Position numbers and translations under genes: made by a program. The notes beneath the pieces were generated by a model, which was given only the letters and a program-made list of their open reading frames with translations, was not told the origin of the DNA and ran no database searches. A stretch of 64,000 nt of DNA, from NCBI GenBank assembly GCA_009103225.1, contig RHPI01001259.1:1-64000 (forward strand). The letters run 5' to 3'. Positions 34,701 through 51,299 of this stretch are shown one piece after another. This DNA comes from Chlorokybus atmophyticus (lineage: Eukaryota; Plantae; Mesostigma and Chlorokybus algae). The number at the start of each line of letters is the position of its first letter. The first letter of the stretch is position 1.

Positions 34701-35720
34701 CTGCAGAGGGAGACATGTGACACCATGATGTGGGTGTGAGTTAGCGCACGCACCCAACCCCTCACGCACAACGTTGTGCGCGTGCATTTTCACGTGGGTG
34801 CCTCCAATGTGACTATACGACTGCAGGTACACGTGCTTGCACCATGCAGGCGCATTGTGCTCGCATGCACACATGTCCGTGTGTACATGAGAGCAGGTGC
34901 GTATCAGACGTAGATTTCTACGCTCACGCGCACGTACCCATCTATCGCAATTGCTGCCATGCATGCGTAGCACATGGAGCACTTAGCGCATTGCCAAGTC
35001 CTGGAAGTCATAATCTATGCTGTCCCTGCCTGCCCTGCCGCACCACGGTGGTGTTGTGGTTGTTGTGTCATGCTGAAGTACACCCTATGCAGGTGGAGTG
35101 TACCCTATGTAGGTGGAGTGCCCGCGGCAGGTGGTCAAGGTCAAGGCACCCGCACGCACCCACCAAATCGCAGGCGCGACACGTGTGCACACACGCACAT
35201 GCACGGACCCGGCGGTGACACATATGCACGCATGCAGGCGCAAATGCATGACTCTCTGTGGGGACATGAATACGTAAACTAATCAGTTGTACTGCTGATC
35301 ATGTAGGGTAGTATGCGTAGGCAGATATACTTCACGTCCTGGTAGGCACTCTGGAAGTTGGCAATCACTTAATCTGCAGGACTGTATGTATAAACAATTT
35401 CACCTCTAGAATTGTTGATGGTGCCATAACAACCAGACAAAAAACACTGGCGGCATCGCTGCTGTGTTATCGACTGGTATCGGTCGCCCTAACACCCACA
35501 GCTTGCATGTAGGTTGCAATCAGCCAACATGCGTATTCCACGTGCCCCATGGGGAGCCCCGATGCACACTCCAGCAAAGCAAGGCACCAATATTGCAAAC
35601 AACGAACAAACAAAACAATTCCCCAAGCAAAACTTCTTGTTGATCAGTCGTCAACACGCCCGCCCCACCCACTCTATTCTACACCGCACCATTCCAAAAC
35701 TGTTGTACTCGCATTCCCTC

Positions 35721-38216
<2,496 letters not shown>

Positions 38217-41200
38217 CTTGGTGTGCGAGTGCAAGAAACGATCAACACGCTGTTGATCAAACCTGAAGCGGGCAGAAAGAAAATGAACAAGGCAGTCCCC
38301 TTCATGCCATGTGGTGATAGGTAAACTAAAGCCTCGGTGGGTTGTGAGGACGTGCGTACACGCTGGTGTGGAGGACTGTGTGCGTGGGGTGAGAAGTAAG
38401 TGCGTGTGTTGTTGATAAAGTTATGACAGAAATGTTTCAACTCCCCCCCACCAAAAGATTTAAAAATACTACACGCGCGCGTGCATGAGTGCAACAAGCC
38501 TCAGTGGATTGTGAACACATCCGCACGCGCAAGTGTTTTTGGGGTGCGTGCGCGCGCATACACACGTAATAAGATCTTTTTCTTTCAAAATAATTTTTTT
38601 TAACGATTTGAGGCTTAAGTTCAGCGGCGTCGTGCACAAGGGCGTTGCACTTATTAGATCAGCGCGACGATGATGTGCAACCAGACAAGATATTACTCGT
38701 GACACGTTGATTCAGACAGCAGACAAGCGACTCATTCCCATATCCAAGCACTGTGCATTGTGCTATCAGCGATGGGCACAATCACATCTATTTCACAACT
38801 CCAGTATGACCCAAAAAGTAAACGCCAGCCTTGTGTAAATAGACTAGACTGGCGGTACTTTGAAGACTGTCATCATCCAACGCTACTACTTGAACACGTT
38901 ATTTGACCTGATCATCATCTGACGACGGAATGTTTTCTTGCTGCATAGCTTCTGTGCTCATGCAAGCATTACACAGCATATCAGTCAAGTCTTACACTCG
39001 TCCTTCACTGTTGCCGCGCCGTTTACGTGTCTGGCCTGGTTGGGCCTGGTAAAAGGCCAGGTCTAGGCCTTGGACGCCACTTGATTGTTGTCTTCTCTCG
39101 GTCTGGCCTGGCCTGACCTCCGCCGCCTTGCAACGCCCGGCCTGGCCTGGCCTCGGCACTTGGCCTGGCCTCTTCAGTCGTGGGCGGATAATACGGCGGT
39201 TGTTGTTGTTGCCGCGTTTGTCCGATATAACGGGCACAGCAGGCGCGTCGGCGCTGCTGAGGTGGAACTAACGAACACCGTGTGGAAGGTAGTTAGCCGA
39301 GTCACACAGAGCCTTTTCGTGCTGTACAATGGGGGAATGTGCCAAATGGTAGTTACCTGCTTCAGCCTACAACATGGTCATGGGTAGGCTACAAATGCCT
39401 TCTTTTGCACGCGTTGCTGTTGTTGTACCGGTAATGCGCGTTATACAATTTCGAACCTATCATTTGTACCGTGCCATTTGTACTGACCATATCGCTGGTT
39501 TAATTAAATGAATTTTAAGCTCTGTAGCTTTGAATGTGTTTAACGTACTCACATTCATGTACATAAATAAAGAGTATTATGTAGGTACACATACACGCTA
39601 ACTGACATGAACAACATTGATTGCATTGTTCGCTATGGCATATCACAATATGCGTGTTATGCAAACACTGACACATTTGCAATGATATGGTAATAGTACT
39701 TGTTAATGCATATAGCCACAATAACCATTAACGTTTGGTATGTATCTGTCATTTACATGCATACCTCTGTTGTACGTGTGTCGTGTGACGATAATATGAG
39801 CATACCGAACGTGAAACCACCAGGTACCCGTGCAAGATACTATCTCTCACTGTAATAGCGCAGATTTTATTACTGGTGGTGCTGGTCAAGGCAAGAACTT
39901 TATTCGCCGGGGCTATGGGCCATGATCGCGTCTCCCTCACACCAAAACTCTGAAGCCTCTGCGCATGCATTCACATGATGCATCAACTTATTCAACCAGT
40001 ATGTGCATTAATAATATGCGGCGCCATAAACTCTATTTGTCAAATCTGTTGCAAGCATGTAAGGGGCAGGACTCGGCCCCTTGTAAACAATGCTTGTTGC
40101 AAGTCTGGCTAGCAAACTGCGTTCACTGTTGCTTAAAATGCCATCATCCATAGAGGTGTGCCCATGATAAGGTTATTTCTTTTACAATGTGCACTGTTGC
40201 CAATTGTGCACAGTATGCATGTATCATATGTGGGCGATCCCCCCTTCCGCAAAGCTCAGATAACGGATCAGAGCATTTGACGTCCGAAGGTTAAGGTAGA
40301 CAAACATTTTGATGTCATACGCGCCGTAATTGCAAGATTAACAAAGTCGTACAAAACATAAACAATATGGTATCTACATTTACCATTTTTGTACAATTTT
40401 ATGTGAGCGATAGGCGTACCTTTGTTCATATGTGGATAAAGTTTATTTGATAACAGCTTGATACACTTTAAACATCAATTTGTAAACTTGTTCCACAATT
40501 ATTATTTTGCATTTTTTTGCTTTTAGTATTATGAATAATGTCTTTATGATGGGCATACAACCTCGGTATTGCTAATCCAAATAGTGGTGCTTTGCACTTT
40601 TGTACAACCAAGCTACATCGAGAAGGAATCTCATCATGTTGGTACATTTTACCCCCGCAAAAATTGACAACACGCACGCAATGAGGTACTGATATTTCAT
40701 GCTACACACGCTACACATAAATAATCGAGCTACAATCCTGTTCGCATAAGGTTTTGAACAATCATGTTGATGCAACCAATGTGAATCTATAGATAACAAT
40801 CAATAAAAAATAAGAACATACAAATTGCCACTGTATATCATCAGCTAATCTTGACTTACTGTTGTTAATAATGTCAAAAGCTTATCAGCGAATTGAGTAT
40901 CTTTTAATATTTATCATTTATGTTGGGTGGATGGACAACACCTTCCATGGTGTGAACATATCGGTATTCACTAATCGAGTTGAATAATACTGACAGATTC
41001 CAATTTTATTGGTTTATTATTGTCATTGCAACTTGCAAGGACAAGAACGGATTCGTAATTCATGATAACATGGTCAGGTACACAGTCATCAGCAATTACA
41101 TTACGAGTGAGTTGGCATTCTGATCGGGTACTGGCAACTTGACAGCACCCGATCAGAAGCTGCTGATTTAGCACAATAGGCCCTACTGAGTAGGGCCTGG

Positions 41201-41700
41201 TGTGCCAAAAGCTCATGAAGGTTGGAAGATGATTCCCCAGCAAGGACCTCTTGCCATCGCTATACCGAGGCAAGGCACGACTGTCCTTGCAGTCAATGGA
41301 AACGCTCACAACCCCAAAAAGCAAAAAGTACAGCAAGGGGTGGCAATGATGGTTCATACCACGCACCTGGGCGGCGGCATGCTTGTGGGCGTGGGTGGCG
41401 ACGGCGAGGGGTGGGGGCAGAGCATGGAGGGGCTAAGACAGGCTTGGAGGTAGCTAGGAAATGCGTTTTTAGCGGAGATGGCCATGGAGTCATTGCCGCC
41501 GTCGTCCTACGCACGGCGCAGTAGCCCTTGCAGTCAAGCTGGACTAGGCTAGGGGAAAGGGGGCACCGCCTACTGAGCCTGCTGCTCTTCAGCCTGGGCT
41601 AAAGACCACTTGCACAAGCATTTGTCAAGTGGAACGGGGCAGCTAGACCCCTCCAGCCTTGTGCAGAGTGGGTCAGGCGGCAGTGTAGTGTGAAAAGTAG

Positions 41701-44700
41701 ATGGAGACTGGGAAAAGTTTTTTTCCTGGTCTGAAGGGTGAGGCTGAGCTACGTGCTTTGTTCGGTATTGAGCCTGGTGAGGCGCTTGTAGAGGACTTTG
41801 CTTGTGCGCTATCCAGCCGCATTCTGCTGCAGGGCCGACTCTACCTCTTCTCTGAACACGCCTGCTTCTACTCCAACATATTTGGCTACGAGACAAACAT
41901 CAAGATCCCATTCCGTGACATCACCGCAATCAAAAAAGCCAAACTCTCATACGTACGTTGCTCATTTTAACGCACATACCCACATGCACACACTTAGCCC
42001 GGTGGTTGCACATGTATGCGAGAGTGAGTGACGTGGATGTGTGAGGTTGGCGTGGGTTGCAAAGTAGGCATGCAGAATGTGTGATATATGCACTTTGCAT
42101 GTGTGCAGCAGCAACTCGGAATACTGCATTCACACACGCGCAGCATGGCATGTGGGAGCAGCCTATATTGTGAGCCCACAAAGGAAGCATACGCATGTTT
42201 ATGTGTGACTTACATCATGCAGGTTTTCCCGAACGCGATTGAAGTGCATGCTTTTGGCAAGAAGCGTCTCTTTGCTTCCTTTTTGTTCCGTCACGAGGCG
42301 TACAACTCGCTGACGACACTGTGGTGCAAAAACTCCAACTACGCGCGTCTGTACCTCGGCGACCACGCCCCCGTCGACAACGGCGGCAGTGCCGACTCCG
42401 AGGAGCTGTTACTCGAAGACGACCCCGAGGCTGAGATTGAGGCCAACAGCATTGCCGCTGATCCCGACAGCAACGTGCTTGCGGCGCCTCCACCAACACC
42501 AATGCCCGTGCCTCCAACGCCGGTATGCACAACATGCATGCACAGTTCTGCTTGTAATGCTCATGTGTAACTGTCTCAATGCGTTGATTGTGAGAAGAAG
42601 ATTGTGCGCGTTGTGTACAGGTTAAGGCTGGAATGTTGATGTGGTTTTTGTCTCTTGTCTTTGATTCGTAGCTATGCATGCGTGTACACACTTCTGCGCA
42701 AAACTTGCTCAGAAGTGTTTACACGCATGCACACATAGCACATGCTGCCCATGTGCAGGAGGCGCCGACACCTCGGTCATATCTGATGTCTCCGGGCAGC
42801 AGCGGTGGCAGTGGTGACGTTGGTCAGGCTATTGGAGACGCCGTGCGCAAAGGCATCAAAGCACTCTCGTTCAATCGCGTGGCCACACCCGTGGCCGCTG
42901 TGAATGGGGTGGCGGAGGATGCCCGCGTCGGCAGCAGCCCGGCCACAATGTTGGCAACCGATGCCGCAGCAGATCAACCGACAACGAGCGCGGCACCTAT
43001 AGACCACTCACAGGTGGCACACGCGCTGCGCACATGCACGCATGCATGCGCATGCACATGCATATACACACGCAAGCACACAGGAGCCATTTTGTTGTGG
43101 TTGAATGCTGGTTACATCTGCCTGTGCAAACTGTGCATTGACACTAGTGCAACTTGGCATGCGTGCAGGCGCTTGGCACCAAGTCATTGGCCCCAGGGAT
43201 GGAGCATCCGCCACCTCCATCAGCCAAGATGGAGGTGAGAGGTCGCAACTCTACTGTAAATCTTCTTTGTCTGTAGGCAACATTCTAGCAACGAGGCCTG
43301 CGTACTCAAGCCTCATGCTACTGTGTACTTGCACAAGCAAAAAAGCACTGGTTGTTCCAATGTGACCACAGTGGTGCATACATGGTCGCAGCATGATTAT
43401 TACTAATGTATAGTTGTAGTGTCTGCGTGTTCGTCCCTTACATGTATGCCGAGGCTTGAACGGCAACAATTGTCCTCCCTCGGTGGTCAAAGTCACATGT
43501 GTTGTGTTGACAGGAGATTGTGTCTACGGAACTGCCCGTGAGCGTGGAGACCTTTTTTGAGCAATTTTTGGCGGACAAGTGCGGCTTCACAGAGGAGTGG
43601 CGAGTGACGCGAGGAGACTCCGACATACGCACCACCCCATGGACACAAGAGGTAAAAACATACATCACATTGCTTCTTTTGCCACCACCACCATCACCAC
43701 CACAACAACACGAACAATAACAACAGGTGCTGGGGCATGGTTGGGCAGTTCGTGAGGTGACCTTCCGGTCCCCCGTGAAGGCGAGCTTTGGCCCACGCTC
43801 CACAATGGTGCACGAGACGCAGCGACACCATGCCTTTGGTTCGGCCACGCCGCAGGTGCATCTCGTACTCGAGTCCTCGCAAGTGCTTCAGGACATCCCG
43901 TTCGGGGATCACTTCAGCGTGGAGACCCGCGTGGACGTGTCCCCGCTGCCTCCCGCACCTGGTGGCGGGAAAACAGCGCGATGTCTGTTGAAAGTATACC
44001 TCGAGGTGCGCTATTAAAAAACACTCACACTCTCACACAAACGCACGCGCGCGCGCTCGGGCACGCACACATGCTTTGCAACAGCGTGATGGCAGCCAGT
44101 GCCGCGATGTGGACACACAATGTGCGCAGAGGGCTGTGCCTGCACGTGTCGTCGCGTGTTCATGTGTGTTTGACTGCCAGGTTGTATTCTCCAAGAAGAC
44201 GATGTGGCGTCCAAAGATTGAGTCTGGTGTGAAAAGCGGCACGGTTGAGTCTTACGAGAGCATGGTCATGTATATCAAGAAGAAACTGGATGCCGGAACG
44301 AAACGGCCGCGAGTGACCGGCAACCAGGAGGTACACACACATATCACATATGATTTGTGTGCGTGTTAATTGTGTTTTGGCCATCGCTCATACGTTGTTA
44401 CATTCCTTGCGGCAGGTGGACCTGAACCGCATAGCATCCATGTTGGAGAACGAGAACGTGCCCGTGGACTACGCGCAGAAGATCCGCGCCATGCTCAACC
44501 TCCCGCCCGAGCACGCAGACACAAACTCATTCCAACGGCAGGCCGCCGCATCGTCCCGCAGTGGCGGCGGCGGCATCGTCTCTATTCTCATATCCGGCAT
44601 CACGGGCACGCTCTCATCGGCTTTTTCGCACGTGCCTCTGACCGCGGGACTTGTGCTCCTCCTCGCCTTCCTCCTATGCCAGTGGTACCTACTCTCCAGC

Positions 44701-44835
44701 TTCACGCGCGTGCAGGCGGACTTCAACGCCCTCCGTGGGGATGTTGCCAACCTTGCTAAAGCCCTCGCGCATCGTGCAGCTGCCCAAGCCGATGACACGT
44801 GCAGCAATGATGCCGGCGGCAGCTGCCAGCAATGA
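41701..44835 (+). CDS. GRAM-VASt (StART-like)-TM-coiled-coil sterol transfer protein, VAD1/LAM/Aster family
   Basis: EDFACAL…LLQGRLYLF…CFYSNIFG…IPFRDITAIKK|VFPNAIEV…FASF (GRAM). LPVSVETFF…RGDSDIRTTPW…DIPFGDHFSVETR (VASt). Hydrophobic LVLLLAFLLCQWYLL followed by a coil. Confidence 0.92.
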
Positions 44836-45854
44836 TGTTGGGATTGGGCACTCTCCATTGTTGGATATGTGACACATACGCACATGCGCGCAACCTTTTC
44901 TTGTACATTTGGCTTAGTAGGTAGTAGGCAGACTGCAGTCAGTTAGGGGCAGCGCGCATGTCCCTCGGTAAGTAGTAACGGACATTTCCCCTGTATGAAA
45001 AGCTTTCAAAAGAGTGTCATGCGCATTGTGGTGTGTTTTTCTGGCGAGCGGCTGTATACATGAACACACTGCTGCACTGCGTGCGCATGCGTGTCCTGCA
45101 TTTGATGTACACAGGAAAGCATGCAGTGTCTACTGGCACGGTACACCCCAAGAGACATAGCAAAACAAGCTACAAGGCAGTGGCCGTGTGGCAGCAACCA
45201 AAGCCATCAGTTCAGCTTGTTCAGCAGCAAGCATGGTTTGATTGTACTGGTAGATACTGCATAACCGCCTGCTACACTTTTGAGAAGTTATGGCTTACTC
45301 AACATGATGTCTTCGCATTGCTTGCAGCACCCCTGTTGACATGGGCAAACACATGGTCACTGTCTAAAGTGACAGACATGTCTCCAACACCAAGCACGCA
45401 CCATTGTCATATATTGTTGTGTTACTTTACTGTTACACAATTGTTATCTGCCCGTACGTTATCATTTAGCAGAACTCTGTGTGACAACCTGAGCCAGCTG
45501 TTTACTCCGTTCTCCTACCCCATATCGCAGTACACCTATTCTCTATGCTGGCGGCGCAGAGGCGTGATGAGGGCATGACGCTGCGCGCAATGCGCGTGGA
45601 GTACAGAAATCCCCAAGACTATTCTAGGCATGCAATAAATGGGTGCGAAGTGCGTGGTGTCATGTGGGTGTGCACGTGACCGTGTGTGAGGTATAGCAGC
45701 ACAGTGCTACACAATCTGAGCATACTATATCTTATGCACACCGTATGTACGTATGTATATAGGTTTTGTACTATTTACTGCGCTACACCACCACGGGGCA
45801 CGTAGTTGGCGTGTCAACGACAACCCAAACATCGCCATAAGCACGATAACAACG

Positions 45855-45899
<45 letters not shown>
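45855..45899. repeat. (ATC)n microsatellite
   Basis: Direct reading. Confidence 0.95.
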
Positions 45900-47149
45900 C
45901 GTGTTCTCTGTGCAGAGCCTGCAGCAGTGCTCATTCTCAACATGTGGCCTATCTTGTGTCTCTTGGCACAGAGAGCCATACTTGACATGTTGGGGCCGGC
46001 ATGCGCGTGGAGGGCGAGCGTGATGAGGTGTACAAGAGATGGTATGCCAGTTAGGTGTGCAGCTTCTACAACTCCTGCTCCCATGCAACTCATGCTGCGA
46101 CATGCCACACCCGCCCAGAGAAGTTGACAGGGCCTTAGCTCCCTAGTGCTCTCTGTTGCATTGCAAAATGGATCCCGCGCGTGGGAGAGCAGCTAGCAAA
46201 TGTGTTCGAGTGTGACTGCCGCATAAAGGCTGCATGGGGCAAGCAAGCACAAGTACTACAGACATTGCGTATGCCTGCGCATGAGCGCTTGTGGGAAGCT
46301 TTGTGCATTTGCGTGCGTGTATGTGGGTATGTATGTGTTCGTATACGCGTGCATGTGCGTGAGTGTATGCGCACGCGTGCGCGCGTGCGTTTGTGTCATA
46401 CTAAGCCCACTTGTTGATTAAGAACACGGCGTAAGCGTGCATGAGACATGCCTGTATGAGAAAGAGAGTAGGCAGTGGCATAGCTGCTGCGTCTGCATGC
46501 ATGCGCACGCAGACAGACACAGACACAGACACACGCGCACAGAAGGACACCCAAGCACGCAAGCACACACACAAGCGCACGCAGGTACACATGTAGGTGT
46601 GTACGGACGCATGTAAACAAACAGGCTCAACCTCACCTGCACCCACTTCTGCACCACCCAGTTTCCAATCCACCGGCCAGGCTACCTTCTTGTCCTTCTC
46701 CACATCCCTCAGCTGCTGCTCTGGCTCAAAGGCTTCTCAAAGGCTCTGAGCTCCTTCTTCTCCACGCCACGGACATCATCGCGCAGAGGTGGGTGTTGCG
46801 GTCAGCAAGCGTTGCTGCACACTGTGGGTTTGGGGGATAGGGCTATGCAAGCGGGCTGATTGTGACAGCTTTATTTAATCTTGGCACCATGCGTGCAGGC
46901 AACAGCTGAGTGTGGTGACTGTGACAAGACACCAAGTTGCATGCACGAATTGAGAGTGGCATGGCAGGCTGACACAGAGAGAGAGAGAGAGAGTGGTTCA
47001 AGACGTTCATCACGCCCAATTACCGGTATGCGCTGTCGCCACTCGCTGCTGCTACTGCACGAGGTAGCGAGTGATGTGACGGGGCCAAACCAGGCCCTTT
47101 CATTCATTTCCTTCGGGCTTCCAACTTGAAGGTTAGCCGTCCCTGCACA

Positions 47150-47181
<32 letters not shown>

Positions 47182-48622
47182 CTGCACCAAGTGACGCGCA
47201 AGCCCCCTTCAAGGTAGAACGGGAAGGGCTTTTCAGAAGCCTTGGAGACGGACGGACAGGCAAGCGCAGGGAGCGCACCATGTTGACCCAAGTCGGGCAT
47301 ATCTGCAGGTGCATGCCTGCGATGGTTCTTGTCGGCACAATGTTGGCACCACCACGCCATCCATTCAGTCAGTCAGTCCGTCCGTCAGTCGTTCCCTGTT
47401 TTCTTCTGCCCGCACATCACGACTAATTTACATCGTCAAAACCGTCTCGGAAACAAAACTTACAACAAAGCTGTCAAGCAATAGGTCGCGTGTAGGTAAA
47501 CAACGCTTTCCTGCCTTGCCAACACGCATGTTGCTTTGCAAGAGTCCTGCCTGTTGTTGGTCGCTACTCTCAAAATCCGACGCAACAACGTGTTTTCTAC
47601 CTTTCTTATGTGATGTGATGTGGACGGTGGACAACAGGTTGCCGAACCAAACGCCGCCGCCACGTGCTGGACATGGGCTCTTTAACGCTCCTTCGCGCAC
47701 GCGGTTGGTCTCAACCTTCCCTTCATGCCATCCGCATCCCGTTCGCATGCCAAAGCGTGGCTCGCACCCTCGACTCGATTTGGACATACGATGCCAGGTG
47801 CACATTCCCATAAGTCAACTCGCTGCTGCTGTGTGCATCATTGTACGTGCCTGCTTGGCCTGGTACACCTGGCTAGGCAGGTGTGGTTGACTTGTATGTG
47901 CTGCTTGCATGACGAGTAACGAGTCATGGCAGGCAGCAGAAGCCGCTCGCCCCCCTCCGCCCCCGTCCACGGGTGTCTTCAACCGTGACGAAGAGCTGGA
48001 GTTTTGGCTTGACCTGCTGGGAGACGAGCCCGAAACCGTCATGGTACGTCGATGCGCATGTATAGGGTGTAATTCATATGTTTGTCTAGCCAAACAACTG
48101 CTCACACTCTAACTAGTAGACGTTGTATGCTTGTTGTGCAACAACGGACTCGTAGTTGTCCCTTGCTTCTTCTCTTCTATATAAGGCCGTTCTCTAACTA
48201 TGTGCTGCTCACGCTGCAACAACAGGTGATGATCGGTCCACGCAACTGCGGGAAGACATCACTGTTGTTGGAACTGCAGCGCATAAGGTCCCAAACTCCG
48301 GGAGCAAGGGTCGATTATTTTTCGATGCGCGCGAATGACGTGGCCACTCCCACCGCATTTGCGTATATGCTAACCCGCTCAAAGCTTTGGACTCTGCTTC
48401 CAGAGCTGGACTTGAAGCTGGCCTTTGAAAAGCTCCGCCCTGAAGTGCAGTTCAGTCTTCAGTCGACACCACCTGCAGCGGAGGCATCACCGCTCAGGTC
48501 GGTGTATGCTGCATGCTGCATTGACGAAGCTGTCAGCACCAGACGGGCTGCACCTTGTGCTGGAGCATTCAAAGCAACTCATCATCAACTTGGAGTCTGC
48601 TACAGTATATCCATGCATCATA

Positions 48623-48865
48623 CCAGACGAGGAAAAAAGACTCCGACGTCGCCAAGATGACATGCGTTTTACCGGCCTCCTTTGTCATATAGACAAAATA
48701 CCGGAGCAGCTCTTCAAGGGTTTTGCAAACATGTTCGCCAGATGGCAACGCGGTGACGATGCGGCCGCCCTTGAAGAGCTGCTCCGGTATTTTGTCTATA
48801 TGACAAAGGAGGCCGGTAAAACGCATGTCATCTTGGCGACGTTGGAGTCTTTTTTCTTCGTTTGG
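48623..48865. repeat. Foldback inverted repeat: 98-bp arms, 47-bp loop
   Basis: 48623-48720 is the reverse complement of 48768-48865 with 3 mismatches. Confidence 0.95.
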
Positions 48866-49275
48866 GTTACAAAGCGTGAGTTTCAATGCATAGATGGGTG
48901 GTATTGTTGATGTCATTGCGTCGTATATGAAAAAAGCAGACTTGCCCGACTACAACGATGTCGCCATTACTGGTGATCGCAGTGAAAGTAAAGCGCAGCG
49001 GTCTTACGAGCAATATTTGCTGCCGCAGCGCTCGTCCAGCCGTGGTGATGACGACCCCGTCATGACTGAGGTGCTTACAACCAAGCTCTGCTGGTTCTCG
49101 TGATGCTGTCATCTTCTTTACTAGTTATAACGTTGGCATGCCTTTGAGCCTAACAAGTGTTGTGATCGTAGGGGAGCTGGCCAACGGTGTATGCCATATG
49201 TGGCGGTAATATGGGGAGTATCGAACGGTTTGCAGTCTATGCTCGGGCTCTGCGAGATGTTGTGGCAGGTATGCA

Positions 49276-49682
<407 letters not shown>

Positions 49683-51299
49683 NAGTTCACACTTGCTATT
49701 GCTGAAGAGCAATGGGTAGGACGTGGTTTGGAATTGGTGGGAAAGGTCGTTGATGCCAACATATCGACCTCCCCTGCGGAGCCTCCACCCAAGTGGACCC
49801 GGAAGCAAGCAACATTTGTTTACCAGCAGATCAGCTATTGTACTCGTGGTGTGGATACCAAAGCATCATTGCTCAAGGACATGCCTGATGGCAATGAAAG
49901 TCAGGCGTTAATGTCCATGGTGATGTACAATGCGGTGAGCTTCGAATGTACAAACAGTTTTGATGTTGCTGATGTTTGCTTTCAATTCTTAATGCGACCC
50001 CGCAGAGTGCTGACTGCAGTGTGTAGGTATTCCAACGCCCTATGTTCAAGCAGGCGGCACGCGCAACGGATGTGAGGCGGACGTGGCGCTGGCAGGAGCT
50101 GCTTGACTGTGTATAGCTTAGCAAGGCAGTTTGCTGTGCTGCTGGGCAAGTGTTGCTGGGCATGGACACGTTGTACGTTCGGCATGTGCTCAGTTAATGC
50201 AGTAGTGTTTGATGGGATTACTGTCCGTCAGTCAGCTGCTCATGCGCTACAATGAAGCTTACTCGTTTTCCACCACCACTGCCGTAGCTGCTGCTGGTGA
50301 TGGCGGTGGCGGTGGCGGGAGAAGGGACGTCAGCGTGGAGGAGGCGCTGCGCTGACGTCGGGGGATAGCAGGAGAAGCCGCAGCAGATGGAGCTGGGTGA
50401 AAGTGCATTCGCCGGTGAGCAAGTGTGCGCTGCTATTCTTACGGGCGTGAGCACGTTAGCAGCACTGCTTCGCGTGGAGAGGATGACTGCGTGGGCGACT
50501 GGCAGTCATGGTCGCTAGTCAACGTTCTCATAGGGTGCGCATGTGTCTGGTTGGATATGTCATGCATTGCACAGGCAGGCACAAGCAGCACCTCGTCGAT
50601 GAAGTAAGCAATTGCATGCATGCTTTGCTTGCGGACTAGCTAGCGTCTGCTGGCTGGGCAGCGTACATTGTTTGTTGTGTGTACGGGGTGCTCTGACATA
50701 CATGAGCAGAGTGGACATGCGCACGCTGTTGTACATGATCAGCATGCACGCACGCAGCCATCAGCACATACACAGCATTCTATTACACCGCCAGGCTATG
50801 TGCCTATGCTAACTCCACTACCCCTAACATGCACAGCCCCCACAACAACCCGCAGTTGTTGTAGTACCTGCAACACCGCCGGTGTGTACATAAATCCAAG
50901 ACAGAATTGTGTGTGTTTGTGCACAGCATGCCAATGAATGTCTTGTTGCTGTTGTTCACACCGCATGAAATAGCGCAAAGCGTCAGCAGCACTGCAATGG
51001 AAGCAGGCATTCCCGTGTCGATTCTGCCTATCACAATGGCTGTGCCAACTTTCCTCACAGCATATTGCTAACAAGCATGCATACCAACCTCGTGAGTCAA
51101 GTGCAAGGCTATCAGAGTTTCACTAGCCAACAGTCATGTACAAATGAGAAGGCTAACAGACAACAGTAACCAAACGCAAACGTCAGCTTGATAGAAAGTT
51201 GGGTTGGGTTGACGGGGCAGGTGCAGCCAGCCTGGGACCTCAGTAGCAAATCCCATGGAGAACTGAACCAGCTCAACAAGCCTGGGCAGGACAGGTGCT

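Noticed and set aside
46600-47400. Possible minus-strand gene (…EKDKKVAWPVDWKLGG… exon and poly-Ala exon)
   Set aside because: It contains in-frame stops, no recognisable domain, and I could not build a consistent exon chain.
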